From assembly GCA_965248695.1 (NCBI GenBank), contig CBDFKD010000002.1, forward strand, positions 4,640,001 through 4,704,000: a DNA stretch of 64,000 nucleotides. Reading direction: 5' to 3'. A model generated the notes under the pieces. That model was not told the DNA's origin and made no database searches. It worked only from the letters and a program-made list of their open reading frames with translations. This DNA comes from Acidobacteriota bacterium. GTDB taxonomy: Bacteria > Acidobacteriota > UBA890 > WLXD01. This document shows, in pieces, positions 9,997 through 22,547 of the stretch. The translations under genes and the position numbers were made by a program. Positions within the stretch are counted from its first letter, which is position 1, and each line of letters begins with the position of its first letter.

Positions 9997-11376
9997 ATGT
10001 TCATGAAGCCGATAGCCATCGGCACCTCGCGCCCTGTGGCACGGGCGCTGCAGACTGTGGCGCTGGCGCTGATGTTCGCGGTCGTTCCGGGTGTAGCCGG
10101 GGCCCAGGACACTCACTACTGGAACGTTCAATACGGCAACCGTGCCCGTCTCCTTGGCGGATCGTCGGTGGGCAGCGCCAGCGACTTGAGCGCCGTTTAT
10201 TACAACCCGGGCAGGCTGGCGCTGGTGGATCGCCCCGAGCTGCTGCTGTCGGGAACCGTGTTCGAGCTGACGACGGTCCGTTCCAAGCAGACGGATGGCT
10301 CGCGCGAACTGTCGTCGTCTCGCTTCGCGCTCAGCCCGTCGCTATTCGCCGGCGAGCTGCGCTTCGGATTCCTCGGCCGGAGCCGACTGGCCTATTCCTT
10401 CCTGACGCGTCAGCAGGCGAGCTTCGACATACAAGGCGTGCTGACGGGCAGCGCTTCGACCAGCTTCGGTTTTCCCCCGGGCGGAACGATATCGGACTCG
10501 GTCCGTCAGGAGCATCGACTGAGCGAGTATTGGGGCGGGCTGACATGGGCCAGCACCATTGGCAAGCGGGTGGGTATCGGCGTCAGCACGTTCGTCGCCA
10601 GCCGCAATCATCGTGGCTTTGCCCAACGAAGCTTCGCAGCGACGTATGACGACGACCAGCCGGGGCTTGTCCTACAGACCAGCGACTACAAGTATGGACA
10701 CTGGCGCCTCGTGTGGAAGCTCGGAGTGGGTACGCGGCTCGAAGGCTGGGATCTCGGCGCAACGGTTACCCTGCCGGGGGTGCCGATCGGGGGCAGCGGG
10801 CGGCTCGCGGTGGACGATGTCCGGATCGGCAATACCGGGGTGCCGGCGAGCGTCGTCAGCATCGGCCAGGAGGATCTCGGAGCGCGGTTCAAATCGCCAC
10901 TTTCCTTGGCTGCCGGGGGCTCGCGGTCGTTCGGTGATTCTCGTTTACACCTGACGCTGGAGTGGTTCGCGCCGCAGGATCTGTACACCGTCTTGGCGGC
11001 ACAACCGGCCACCTCCTCGAGCGGCGACGTCATCCTGGATCCATCGATCCGGCAGCAGGCCGCCGCCGTCGTTAACGGAGCGATCGGATTCGAGCGACGC
11101 TTCGGCTCTGAGGTGACCGGCTACGCCAGCCTCAGCAGCGATCGCAGCTCAGCGGTCGAGGGAAGCGCCTCGAATCTCGAGTTCACCCGATGGAACATCG
11201 TGCACGCTGCCGCGGGGGCGACGTTCGCCAGCGGCAACACCGATTTTACCGTCGGTCTGATCGGCGCCTTCGGTACGTCGCGGGCGACGCCCCAGTCGAC
11301 CGCGGCGGATTTCGACAGCCGCTACCGCCGGATTACGCTCATCCTGGGCTTCTCGTTCCCGTTCGGTTCGCTGTAG
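9997..11376 (+). CDS. Outer-membrane beta-barrel protein, OmpP1/FadL-like
   Basis: Signal peptide ending AGA-QD; SDLSAVYYNPG motif; alternating beta strands; aromatic C-terminus. Confidence 0.7.
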   Translation: MFMKPIAIGTSRPVARALQTVALALMFAVVPGVAGAQDTHYWNVQYGNRARLLGGSSVGSASDLSAVYYNPGRLALVDRPELLLSGTVFELTTVRSKQTDGSRELSSSRFALSPSLFAGELRFGFLGRSRLAYSFLTRQQASFDIQGVLTGSASTSFGFPPGGTISDSVRQEHRLSEYWGGLTWASTIGKRVGIGVSTFVASRNHRGFAQRSFAATYDDDQPGLVLQTSDYKYGHWRLVWKLGVGTRLEGWDLGATVTLPGVPIGGSGRLAVDDVRIGNTGVPASVVSIGQEDLGARFKSPLSLAAGGSRSFGDSRLHLTLEWFAPQDLYTVLAAQPATSSSGDVILDPSIRQQAAAVVNGAIGFERRFGSEVTGYASLSSDRSSAVEGSASNLEFTRWNIVHAAAGATFASGNTDFTVGLIGAFGTSRATPQSTAADFDSRYRRITLILGFSFPFGSL

Positions 11377-11390
11377 CCGGCAGAGCGGTT

Positions 11391-13340
<1,950 letters not shown>

Positions 13341-13450
13341 GAGCGCTCTCCGCCGTCGGTTCCGACTGCAGGGTTGCCGATCACAGCCAGCAACGGGCAT
13401 CCGTGCCATCGGCGCCCCAAACAGCCTCGCCGAATTCTCATCACAGCCTG

Positions 13451-14578
13451 CTAGAGAATCTCCGGGATGTATTTCTCTCTCGCCAGTCGCCAGAGCGAGG
13501 CGAGGAACGCGGTCAACGGAATCGCCAGGATCATGCCCAGGATGCCCCCGAGAGCCGTGCCCCAGAAGAAGATCGCCACGATGATGGCCATGAAATGGAG
13601 CCCGGTGCGGTCTCCCATGATCTTGGGCGTCAGCACCCACCCCTCGATCTGCTGCACGATGGCGAAGACCACCAGCACGAGGGCCAACGTGGCCGTCCCG
13701 CCGTTCAACTGGAAGAGTGCCAACGGCAGGGCGATGGCGAGTCCGAGAATGCTCCCGAAGTACGGGATGACGTTCAGCAGGCCTAGCAGCAGACCGATGA
13801 CGAAGCCGTAGCGCAACCCGGCGATGCTGAACCCAGTGGCGTACATCAGCCCCTGCAGGAGAGCGATGATCAGCTGGCCGCGAAAGAACGCCACGCTGAT
13901 GTCGATGAACTCCTGTCCCAGGTACATGGCGTCGCGCCGGGTCTCCGGCTTCAGGAACGGCAGCAGGCGGTCGGCGTCGACATGCACCCCACGGGCGGTG
14001 AGAAAATAGGCGAAGTAGACGGGCACCACGGCCCATCCCAGCAGCACACCGATCCCTCGAGCGATCCCGGCGCCGGCGGTGAGCGCCTGAAAGCCGACGC
14101 TCTGGAGGCCCTGCAGGATCGTCGCCCACTGCGACTCCGCCGCCACCCGGAGACGCTCGGCGGCGCCGCTGCGCTCGAGCATCTCGGATGCCTCGGGAAC
14201 GCGCTCCATGACCCACAGCTGAACCGATTCCCACCACTCGGGCAGGTTGGCGGTGAGGCCTACTAGCTGACCCACCAGGATGGCACCGAAGAACAGCACG
14301 AAAGCGGTCAGCGGGACGAGCACCGACAGGAAGACGACGAGGACGGCGGCTGCCACCGGCAGGCGCAGGCGCTCGCGCAGCCATTCGTAGTATGGCCGGC
14401 AGACCAGCGCCGCCACCGCGCCGACGGCCAGCGGCAGGAACACGCCCGAAAAGGCGCGCAGGAACAGCGCCGCCAGCCATCCGAGGAGCCCGAGTGCCAG
14501 CAGGATAACCAGCGCCGAGACGGTTGTGATCGCCGCCGCGATGGTCCGCGCTTGCCGTTCGCTGAAGTCAACACCCAT
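13451..14578 (-). CDS. AI-2E family transporter
   Basis: Multi-TM; [39 protein letters not shown] motifs. Confidence 0.9.
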   Translation of the reverse strand: MGVDFSERQARTIAAAITTVSALVILLALGLLGWLAALFLRAFSGVFLPLAVGAVAALVCRPYYEWLRERLRLPVAAAVLVVFLSVLVPLTAFVLFFGAILVGQLVGLTANLPEWWESVQLWVMERVPEASEMLERSGAAERLRVAAESQWATILQGLQSVGFQALTAGAGIARGIGVLLGWAVVPVYFAYFLTARGVHVDADRLLPFLKPETRRDAMYLGQEFIDISVAFFRGQLIIALLQGLMYATGFSIAGLRYGFVIGLLLGLLNVIPYFGSILGLAIALPLALFQLNGGTATLALVLVVFAIVQQIEGWVLTPKIMGDRTGLHFMAIIVAIFFWGTALGGILGMILAIPLTAFLASLWRLAREKYIPEIL

Positions 14579-14727
14579 GGTGTGCAGATGCTATACGAGG
14601 TTCATCGCGACAGCGGCGTTTCACCGTCCAAGGTGGACGGCGAAAGGCTCGACGGGGCAGGTCATTGTCGAGCGCGAAGAATAGAATGTCGGAGACCGTC
14701 CGAGATCTTCGAACCGAGGCTGACCGA

Positions 14728-16080
14728 ATGAGACGTCTAACGTTGAGCGCCATCGTGGCGGTGGTGACATGCCTGGCGCTCGTCCCAGCGGCCGTTCCCG
14801 TCGTTGAGGCCCAGGGCACCCCTCAGTGGACGCCCGACAAGCCCGGCAGCGGCAACATCGAGGTGCTGTCGCACCTGCCTCTCGGACCGCGATTGAACGT
14901 CTCTGATATCGAGCTCGAGCAGGAGTTGTCGCGCCCCTACGCCTATGTCGGGCGGATGGTCTACGGCTTCGAGGGCGAAAAGGGGATGGACATCATCGAT
15001 GTGTCGGATCCGCGGAAGCCGAGCGTGTTGTACCGCTGGCGCATCGAGGACCAGGACCTCCACTTGCCGCTCGGCGGTATGGACGTGAAGTACTTCAAGT
15101 GGGCCGATCGCTACTACGTCGTGCAGTCGCTACAGTTTGGCCAGGGTGGCCCGGACGCTGATCTCGGCGCCGTTGTCCTCGACGTGACCGACCTGCCCGA
15201 CGCCTCGACGGTGAAGGAAGTGGCGCGCATCCGTGCTCCGGATCACCCCGGTGGGTTCCACAACATCTTCATGTACAAGCATTCCAATGGACGGCCCTTG
15301 TTGTTCAGCACCGTCTCCGGGCCCTATTCGCACGTCTACGACATGGCCCACGTGGTCGAGGGCCACATGGACGAGGCGCTGGTAGCGAAGGTCCCGGTGG
15401 GTGGGCCGGGCGAATCGCAGCGTCGCGGCTATCACGACATGTATGCCGGCTTCCATGAGGATACGCAAAGCGATCGCTTCTACGGCGGCGGCACGGGCGG
15501 CTACTACATCTATGACATTACGGACCTCGAGAACCCGCAGCTGGTGGTGTCGCTTACCGGCGTCAACGGTGTGCGCTTCGGGCACACGTTCACGCCGACC
15601 TCCGATGGGCGGTACGTGATCGCAGAGACGGAGTATCAGTACGCGCCACTGCGTATCTTCGATCTGAAGCCGGCGCTCGACGGCGAGGTGCAGAACATCC
15701 GCACGCCGATCAGCGCCTGGACGGCCGACTGGCGCCACCTGGTGCACAACCACGAGGTGCGCTACCCGTACGTGTTTGTCTCTGGCTACTTGGACGGGCT
15801 GCAGATATTCAGCCTCATGGATCCGGCCAACCCAGTGACCGTTGCCTATTACGACACCTATCTGGGGCCCCCGAACCCGGATCGGTCGGCGATGTTCAAT
15901 GGGTTGTTCGGGGTCGATGTGCGCAACGCCGACGGCCTCATCGTCGGATCGGACATGAGCACCGGCTTCTGGGCGTTCCGCATGGAGGGCTTCGGTGGCT
16001 GGAACGGCGCCGATTGGGGCATGCCCGACATCTCGAGCGCACAGAAATGGGACGAGACGGTCGGAGGGCAGCAGCAATGA
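14728..16080 (+). CDS. Secreted LVIVD-repeat beta-propeller protein
   Basis: Signal peptide; YAYV..GMDIIDVSDP, VVLDVTD, IYDITDLENP, GLQIFSLMDPANP repeats; His motifs HNIF, YHDM, GHTF, VHNH. Confidence 0.75.
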   Translation: MRRLTLSAIVAVVTCLALVPAAVPVVEAQGTPQWTPDKPGSGNIEVLSHLPLGPRLNVSDIELEQELSRPYAYVGRMVYGFEGEKGMDIIDVSDPRKPSVLYRWRIEDQDLHLPLGGMDVKYFKWADRYYVVQSLQFGQGGPDADLGAVVLDVTDLPDASTVKEVARIRAPDHPGGFHNIFMYKHSNGRPLLFSTVSGPYSHVYDMAHVVEGHMDEALVAKVPVGGPGESQRRGYHDMYAGFHEDTQSDRFYGGGTGGYYIYDITDLENPQLVVSLTGVNGVRFGHTFTPTSDGRYVIAETEYQYAPLRIFDLKPALDGEVQNIRTPISAWTADWRHLVHNHEVRYPYVFVSGYLDGLQIFSLMDPANPVTVAYYDTYLGPPNPDRSAMFNGLFGVDVRNADGLIVGSDMSTGFWAFRMEGFGGWNGADWGMPDISSAQKWDETVGGQQQ

Positions 16081-16706
16081 CAGCTCGCCGCCCGCGGGGT
16101 GCGATGTCGCGCCGTCTCCTCGTCCCGGCGCTGCCGGCGGTCGCGCTGGTGGCGACGCTCGCCGCGATGATGCCGCTGCCGGGCGCTACAGACGGAATAG
16201 CGTCGGCGAGTCCGCTCGCGGTGCCTGGAACCTGCAGTGCGGGCTGGATGGCCTCGGCGACCGAGCCACCGGCCTACTACGCCATCGAGCTCGTGCCGAC
16301 GCGGCGCGTCCCCGGCGCTCGCGATGCGACCGGCGTCGGCAACGTCAGCTTTGCCCGATCTCCCTTCGGGATCGCCGTCGCGCCGACCGGCGAGTATGTC
16401 TATGACGTTGCACTGCAATTGCAACGCCTCAGCTCGACACCGCGTGGCGTGTACACCGCCTGGATCACCACCGCGGCCCTGGACCAGATCAAGCGACTGG
16501 GACCACTGGATGTCTCGGGCGCCATTCGCGGCCAGACCACCTGGAACAAGTTTCTGGTGGTGGTGACGCTGGAGCCGGATGACGAGCCGCGGCCACGCTG
16601 GAGCGGTCCGATCGTGACGCGAGGGATGTCGAGGTCCGGACGAATGCACACCATGGCGGGCCACGGGCCGTTTCAGCTCGAGCCATGCACCACGTACGGC
16701 TACTGA
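16077..16706 (+). CDS. Exported hypothetical protein
   Basis: ATGA overlap with upstream stop; hydrophobic N-terminus; C-terminal MHTMAGHG. Confidence 0.7.
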   Translation: MTARRPRGAMSRRLLVPALPAVALVATLAAMMPLPGATDGIASASPLAVPGTCSAGWMASATEPPAYYAIELVPTRRVPGARDATGVGNVSFARSPFGIAVAPTGEYVYDVALQLQRLSSTPRGVYTAWITTAALDQIKRLGPLDVSGAIRGQTTWNKFLVVVTLEPDDEPRPRWSGPIVTRGMSRSGRMHTMAGHGPFQLEPCTTYGY

Positions 16707-18442
16707 GCCCCCACCGCCGCGCCGTCTGGGCGCCCGTCGCCCTGCTGATGGCCGCCGGCGCGGCGCCGGCAGCTTCCCAGCAAGCGAGACCGGAACCCCA
16801 GCCAGAGCTCCCGGCCGCCTCCCATCAGCAGCACATGAGTCATGACATGCCGATGGGAGATGCCGCCGGCTGGCGGATGCCGCCGATGGACCCCGACATG
16901 CCGATGCTGCCCGGCCTGGAAGGGGTGCTGCCGACCACGGCGCCGTTCATGCCGACGTCCGGCAGCGACGCGGCTGATTTTCCGGCTGCCCGTCCGCGGG
17001 AGGTAATGGAGCTGGCCGACGGCGACGAGATCGAGCTCACCGCGTCGATCGTGCGACGTGAGATCCGTGGGCGCGAGTACCTGATGTTCGGCTACAACGG
17101 CCAGTACCCAGGGCCGTTGCTGAAGGCACCCACCGGCGCCACCGTCACCGTGTTGTTTCGTAACGAGATTCCGATGCCGACGACGGTTCACTGGCACGGG
17201 CTGCGGCTCGACAATCGCTTCGACGGCGTCGCCGGGGTGACTCAGCCGCCAGTGCGGACGAGCGAGACGTTTCGCTACGAGGTGCGCTTCGCTGACACCG
17301 GCGTTTTCTGGTATCACCCGCATCTGCGCGAGGACATCCAGCAAGACCTCGGCCTGTACGGCAACCTGCTGGCCGTTCCCGCCGATCCCGATTACTACGG
17401 TCCCGCACACCGCGAGGAGTTTCTGATCCTCGACGACATCCTCATGGACGACCGCGGAATCGTTCCGTGGGGCGAGGACGTACCGACGCACAGCCTGATG
17501 GGGCGCTTCGGCAACGTCATGCTCACCAACGGAACCACCGACTACAGCCTGCAGGTGGCGCGCGGCGAGGTGGTGCGGTTCTTCGTCACCAACGTTGCAA
17601 ACTCGCGCACCTTCAACGTCACGTTCGGCGGCGCCCCGATTAAGGTCGTGGCGTCCGACGTCGGCAAGTTCGAGCACGAGGAATGGGTGACGAGCGTTCC
17701 GATAGCGCCGGCGGAGCGCTACGTGGTCGAGGTCCGTTTCGACGATCCCGGTGACGTGCCCATCGAGAACACCGTGCAAGCGATCAACCATTTCCGTGGT
17801 GAGTTCTATCCGCACGTCGACCATCTCGGGATGGTGAACGTCGGCGATGCGGCAGCCGAGCCCGATCTGAGCGCCGCCTTTGCCATCTTGCGAGAGAACC
17901 GCGACGTGCAGGCCGACATCGAGTCGTTCCGTCCACACTTCGCGCGTCCGCCGGACCACGAGCTGGAGTTGAGCCTCGAGGTCGGCGAGCTGCCGCTGCC
18001 GATCATTCTCTCCATGGAGTTCGAAAAGGGGCTTTATTCGCCCCCCATGGAGTGGAACGACACGATGCCGATGATGAACTGGCTGGCGACCGGGAACGAG
18101 ATCCGGTGGATCTTGCGCGACCGGGCCACCGGCCTGGAGAACATGGACATCCAGTGGGACTTCCGCGTCGGCGACGCCATCAAGATCCGGGTGTTCAACG
18201 ATCCCGAGACCCTGCATCCGATGAACCATCCGATCCACATCCACGGTCAGCGCTACCTGGTGCTCGAGATCGACGGCATTCCCAACCCGAACATGGTCTG
18301 GAAGGACACCTCGATCGTCCCCGTTGCCTCGACCGTGGATTTGCTCGTCGACATCACCAATCCTGGCGATTGGATGCTGCACTGTCACATCGCCGAGCAC
18401 CTCCATGCCGGCATGATGTTCGCCTTCCGCGTCGACGACTGA
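16685..18442 (+). CDS. Multicopper oxidase (CueO/CopA-like)
   Basis: All four Cu motifs: HWHG, WYHPH, HPIHIHG, HCHIAEHLHAGMM; Met/His-rich N-terminal extension. Confidence 0.93.
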   Translation: MHHVRLLSPHRRAVWAPVALLMAAGAAPAASQQARPEPQPELPAASHQQHMSHDMPMGDAAGWRMPPMDPDMPMLPGLEGVLPTTAPFMPTSGSDAADFPAARPREVMELADGDEIELTASIVRREIRGREYLMFGYNGQYPGPLLKAPTGATVTVLFRNEIPMPTTVHWHGLRLDNRFDGVAGVTQPPVRTSETFRYEVRFADTGVFWYHPHLREDIQQDLGLYGNLLAVPADPDYYGPAHREEFLILDDILMDDRGIVPWGEDVPTHSLMGRFGNVMLTNGTTDYSLQVARGEVVRFFVTNVANSRTFNVTFGGAPIKVVASDVGKFEHEEWVTSVPIAPAERYVVEVRFDDPGDVPIENTVQAINHFRGEFYPHVDHLGMVNVGDAAAEPDLSAAFAILRENRDVQADIESFRPHFARPPDHELELSLEVGELPLPIILSMEFEKGLYSPPMEWNDTMPMMNWLATGNEIRWILRDRATGLENMDIQWDFRVGDAIKIRVFNDPETLHPMNHPIHIHGQRYLVLEIDGIPNPNMVWKDTSIVPVASTVDLLVDITNPGDWMLHCHIAEHLHAGMMFAFRVDD

Positions 18443-18572
18443 TCTCTGCTGTAACGTGATTCGACGCCGGCAACCTCGACCGGGACCGACTGCGTGGATC
18501 GGCGCGAGCGCAGACGCGATACCCTGAGGACCTGTCCGTCTAACGTCCTTTCTTCGCAACCGGAGTATCGAT

Positions 18573-19604
18573 ATGGACAAGGGTGATTTCGGCAACGTGC
18601 GGGTGGGCGACTTCAAGCCGCCCAATATCAAGCTGCCAAGTGGCGTAACGACCTTGATTCCGGCCGTCATCATCGGAATCTGGCTGCTGTGGAGCGTCGT
18701 CTACACCGTCAGTCCCGAGGAAGTCGGGGTCGTGTTGACGTTTGGCGAGTTCACATCGATCACCGAACCGGGATTGCATTTCAAGATGCCGGCGCCGATT
18801 CAGACGGTGTTGGCCGTACCGGTACAGCGGCAGCTGAAAGAGGAGTTCGGATTCCGCACGGTCAACGCCGCAGTCAGATCGCAATTCGACACGGTCGGCG
18901 AGGAGTCGGCAATGCTCACCGGCGATCTGAACGTCGCCGTGGTGGAGTGGACGACGCAATACCGCGTAGCCGATCCGTTTCTCTACATGTTCCGGGTTCG
19001 CAACGTTACCGAGACCTTCCGTGACATGAACGAGGCCGTCATGCGGACGGTGGTAGGCGATCGCAGCGTCACCGAGGTGTTGACGATCGGGCGTCAAGAG
19101 ATTGCCTCGGAGGTAGAGCGTCGGTTGCAGGAAATGTGCGACCAGTACGAGACCGGCATTCGCATCGAGCAGATCGTCCTGCAGGACGTCAACCCGCCGG
19201 ATCCGGTGCGTCCGTCGTTCAACGAGGTCAACCAGGCGCAGCAGGAGCGCGAGCGGATGATCAACGACGCTCGGGCGCAATTCAATCGCGAGGTCCCCGC
19301 GGCGCGCGGCGAGGCGCTGCGCGCGGTGGAACAGGCACAGGGCTATGCGGTGGATCGAGTCAACCGTTCCGAGGGTGATGCCGCCCGCTTCCGGTCGGTG
19401 TACGAAGCGTACCGACGTGCCCCGGAGGTCACGCGGCGTCGCCTCTATCTGGAGACAATGCTCGAGCTATTGCCCTCCATCCGGCACAAGATCGTCGTTG
19501 ATCAGGACATCGAAGGCCTTCTGCCTATGCTCAACTTGCAGGGGGGCGAAACCATGTCGCCAGCGATCCCGGCAGCGGCCGCGATCCGGGAGCAAGGCCA
19601 ATGA
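18573..19604 (+). CDS. hflK: FtsH protease modulator HflK
   Basis: SPFH domain; MLTGDLN, DVNPPDPVRPSFNEV, APEVTRRRLYLETM. Confidence 0.95.
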   Translation: MDKGDFGNVRVGDFKPPNIKLPSGVTTLIPAVIIGIWLLWSVVYTVSPEEVGVVLTFGEFTSITEPGLHFKMPAPIQTVLAVPVQRQLKEEFGFRTVNAAVRSQFDTVGEESAMLTGDLNVAVVEWTTQYRVADPFLYMFRVRNVTETFRDMNEAVMRTVVGDRSVTEVLTIGRQEIASEVERRLQEMCDQYETGIRIEQIVLQDVNPPDPVRPSFNEVNQAQQERERMINDARAQFNREVPAARGEALRAVEQAQGYAVDRVNRSEGDAARFRSVYEAYRRAPEVTRRRLYLETMLELLPSIRHKIVVDQDIEGLLPMLNLQGGETMSPAIPAAAAIREQGQ

Positions 19605-20539
19605 AGCGCGCCGGTATGATCGTCCTCGGAGTCGTTCTGGTCGCCGTCGTGCTGGCGCTCAGCGGCGCCGTTTACGTCGTTGACGAGACCCAGCAGGTGA
19701 TCATCACGCAGTTCGGCTCACCGGTCGGTGGGCCGGTGAACACGCCGGGCTTGCATTACAAGCTCCCCTTCATCCAGCGGGCGAACTTCTTCAACAAGCG
19801 CTTTCTGGAGTGGGACGGCGACAGCAATCAGCTGCCGACGCGCGACAAGCGATTCATCCACGTGGATACGTATGCCCGCTGGCACATCACCGACCCGTTG
19901 CTGTTCTTCCAGCGGTTGCGGGACGAGCGTGGCGCACAGTCGCGACTCGACGACATTCTCGACGGCGAGACGCGCAACACGATCGCCAATCACGACCTGA
20001 TCGAGGTGGTGCGCAGCAGCAACCGCGACATCGCGGTCGGCGATGAGCTCGGCGAGATCGCCGAGGGCGAGACGGTGCAGGACATCGAGGCCGGGCGGGA
20101 TGCGCTGGCATCCGAAGTGCTGGCGGCGGCGCAGACGCGTACCACAGATCTGGGGATCGAGATCCTCGATTTCCGCTTCAAGCGCATCAACTACGTCGAG
20201 GAGGTTCGACGCGAAGTCTACAACCGTATGATCTCGGAACGGCTGCGGATCGCCGAGCAGTTCCGCTCCGAGGGAGCCGGTGAGGCGGCGCGCATCAGCG
20301 GTGAGAAGGAACGTGAGCTGCGCACCATCAGCTCGGAGGCGTATCGGCAGGCTCAGGAGATCATGGGTACGGCCGACGCCAGCGCTGCCGATGTTTATGC
20401 CGCTGCCTATAACCGCGACGCCGATTTCTATCGCTTCGTCAAGACGCTGGAGGTCTATCGGGAGACACTCAGCCGGGATACGACCCTGCTGCTGGGTACC
20501 GACGGGGAGTTTCTGCGCTACCTCAAGAGCTCGAGGTAA
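19601..20539 (+). CDS. hflC: FtsH protease modulator HflC
   Basis: TQFG, PGLHYKLPF, RMISER, FRSEG, FYRF; ATGA overlap with hflK. Confidence 0.95.
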   Translation: MKRAGMIVLGVVLVAVVLALSGAVYVVDETQQVIITQFGSPVGGPVNTPGLHYKLPFIQRANFFNKRFLEWDGDSNQLPTRDKRFIHVDTYARWHITDPLLFFQRLRDERGAQSRLDDILDGETRNTIANHDLIEVVRSSNRDIAVGDELGEIAEGETVQDIEAGRDALASEVLAAAQTRTTDLGIEILDFRFKRINYVEEVRREVYNRMISERLRIAEQFRSEGAGEAARISGEKERELRTISSEAYRQAQEIMGTADASAADVYAAAYNRDADFYRFVKTLEVYRETLSRDTTLLLGTDGEFLRYLKSSR

Positions 20540-20544
20540 GACGC

Positions 20545-20583
20545 GCGAAGGCGGCCGCGTTTTCCGGCGCCGGCCGCCTTCGC
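20545..20583 (+). terminator. GC-rich hairpin after hflC (no U tract)
   Basis: GCGAAGGCGGCCG (20545-20557) / CGGCCGCCTTCGC (20571-20583) perfect 13-bp inverted repeat. Confidence 0.45.
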
Positions 20584-20627
20584 TCGTGTAGGATGAAGGA
20601 GGCCTGTGGAGACTCTGGAGGTACGCC

Positions 20628-21368
20628 GTGCAACGTTCCGCACTGATTGCCGCCGCGCTCATTCTGCTCGTCGCGGTGGCGGCGGTATGGTATTTCCGTG
20701 CCGCCGAGGAGCCGGTCGAGGAGCCGATTGTCGCCGTTGAGCCGCTGGCGCCGCCGCTGCCGGCGGAGGAACCTGAGCCAGCCTTGCCGGTGCTCGATAA
20801 CAGCGACGGCATGCTACGCCAGGCAGCGACGATGCTCGGTCTGGGCCCGGTCCTCGCCAAGGCGCTCGAGGACCCGGATGTCATGCGTCGCTTCGTGGCT
20901 GTGGTCGATGCCATAGCCAGCGGCGAGAGCCCGGGCGCGCAGCTGCCGTTTCTCGCTCCCGAGCAACCGTTCGACGCTGTCTACGAAAACGACGCGTGGC
21001 ACGCGGATCCAGCTAACTACCGGCGCTACGATTTCGTCGGCGAGGCCATTGCCGGCCTCGACGCGCGCGCTAGTGTCAGCGCGTTTCGACGTGTGGAGTC
21101 GCTGGCTGATGCCGCGTATGCGGATCTGATCGGCGAATCGCGCCCATTCGAGCCACGGCTACGTGAGGCGATGCGCGTGTTGCTAGAGACGCCGGTGCTC
21201 AGCCAACCTCCCGAGCTCGTCGATGCGGTCGGCCGGCTGACCTATCGCGACGAGACCTTGGAGGCCTTGAGCCTGCCAAAGAAACATCTGTTGCGGATGG
21301 GGCCGGAAAACGTTCGCTGCGTGCAGACAAAGCTAGGCGAGCTGCTTGATCAGTTGGCCGGAAGCTGA
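20628..21368 (+). CDS. DUF3014-like membrane-anchored protein
   Basis: N-terminal anchor, Pro-rich linker, RRFVAVVD, NYRRYD, LEALS..KKHLLRMGPEN. Confidence 0.8.
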   Translation: MQRSALIAAALILLVAVAAVWYFRAAEEPVEEPIVAVEPLAPPLPAEEPEPALPVLDNSDGMLRQAATMLGLGPVLAKALEDPDVMRRFVAVVDAIASGESPGAQLPFLAPEQPFDAVYENDAWHADPANYRRYDFVGEAIAGLDARASVSAFRRVESLADAAYADLIGESRPFEPRLREAMRVLLETPVLSQPPELVDAVGRLTYRDETLEALSLPKKHLLRMGPENVRCVQTKLGELLDQLAGS

Positions 21369-21478
21369 TCATCGACGGCGTTTCGCGGCCCGCTCTCCCT
21401 GCTCCCATTGCCCGGCGCGATCTTCACTGAGCATGCGATCCTGGTCTTGCTGATGCGAATCGTTGCCCGGAGGCGAGC

Positions 21479-22420
21479 ATGCGGATCGTAGTGGCGCTCG
21501 GAGGCAACGCGCTCCTGCGTCGCGGCGAGACGGTCAGCAGCGAGCAGCAGCGGCTCAACGTTCGGGCGGCGGCGGAGTCGCTGGCGCCGGTGGCCGAAGA
21601 GCATCAGCTGGTCATCTCCCACGGCAATGGGCCGCAGGTTGGGCTGCTGGCGCTCCAGGCGCACGCCTATGAGGCGGTCGAACCGTTCCCGCTCGACGTG
21701 CTCGGAGCCCAGACCGAAGGGATGATCGGCTACCTCATCGAGCAAGAGCTCGGCAACTTGTTGCCGCACGAGCAGCCGTTCGCCACCATCCTCACGATGG
21801 TACAGGTCGATCCCGAGGATCCGGCGTTCGCCCACCCGGCGAAACCGATCGGCCCGGTGTACGAGGAAGCGGAAGCCAGGCGCCTGGCCTCGGATCGTGA
21901 CTGGACCGTCGCACCCGATGGTGCCGGCTGGCGGCGCGTCGTGCCATCGCCGAAGCCGCAGCACATCTTCCAGATTCGACCGATTCGCTGGCTCGTGGAT
22001 CAAGGGGTCATCGTCATCTGTACCGGCGGCGGCGGTATCCCCACCATGTATGACGAGCGGGGCAACCTGCGCGGCGCCGAGGTGGTCATCGACAAGGACC
22101 TGGCCAGCGCCTTGCTGGCGGTCGAGCTCAACGCCGACATGCTGGTGCTGGCCACCGACGTCGATGCGGTCTATCGCGATTGGGGGATGCCGACAGCCGA
22201 GGCCATCCGCCGAGCGACGCCTGAGGAGCTAGGGCAGGAGGAGTTCAGCGGGGGCTCGATGGGGCCCAAGGTAGAGGCGGCATGTCGCTTTGCCGAGCTC
22301 GCGGGCGCGACCGCGGCAATCGGTTCGCTGGAAGAGCTCGAGGAGATCGTCGCCGGCGAAGCCGGCACCGTGATCGAGGTGCCCAACGACCCCGAGGACG
22401 TCCGCTTGCCAGGTCTCTGA
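21479..22420 (+). CDS. arcC: Carbamate kinase
   Basis: [50 protein letters not shown]. Confidence 0.95.
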   Translation: MRIVVALGGNALLRRGETVSSEQQRLNVRAAAESLAPVAEEHQLVISHGNGPQVGLLALQAHAYEAVEPFPLDVLGAQTEGMIGYLIEQELGNLLPHEQPFATILTMVQVDPEDPAFAHPAKPIGPVYEEAEARRLASDRDWTVAPDGAGWRRVVPSPKPQHIFQIRPIRWLVDQGVIVICTGGGGIPTMYDERGNLRGAEVVIDKDLASALLAVELNADMLVLATDVDAVYRDWGMPTAEAIRRATPEELGQEEFSGGSMGPKVEAACRFAELAGATAAIGSLEELEEIVAGEAGTVIEVPNDPEDVRLPGL

Positions 22421-22547
22421 GCGATCCGTGCCGCCGGCCCTTCACGGCGTGCAGTTGCCGCCGCGTCAGGGATGGTTCGAAGTGCGTCGTGGTATGTTCC
22501 AGCCGCTCTGACACCCACTCCGCAGAACCCTCTTCCGACGATGATTC

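Noticed and set aside
13341-14480. 1029-aa extended acetoacetate-CoA ligase suggesting a domain fusion
   Set aside because: The extension is an out-of-frame overlap with the AI-2E gene and is Arg/Pro/Gly-rich noise.
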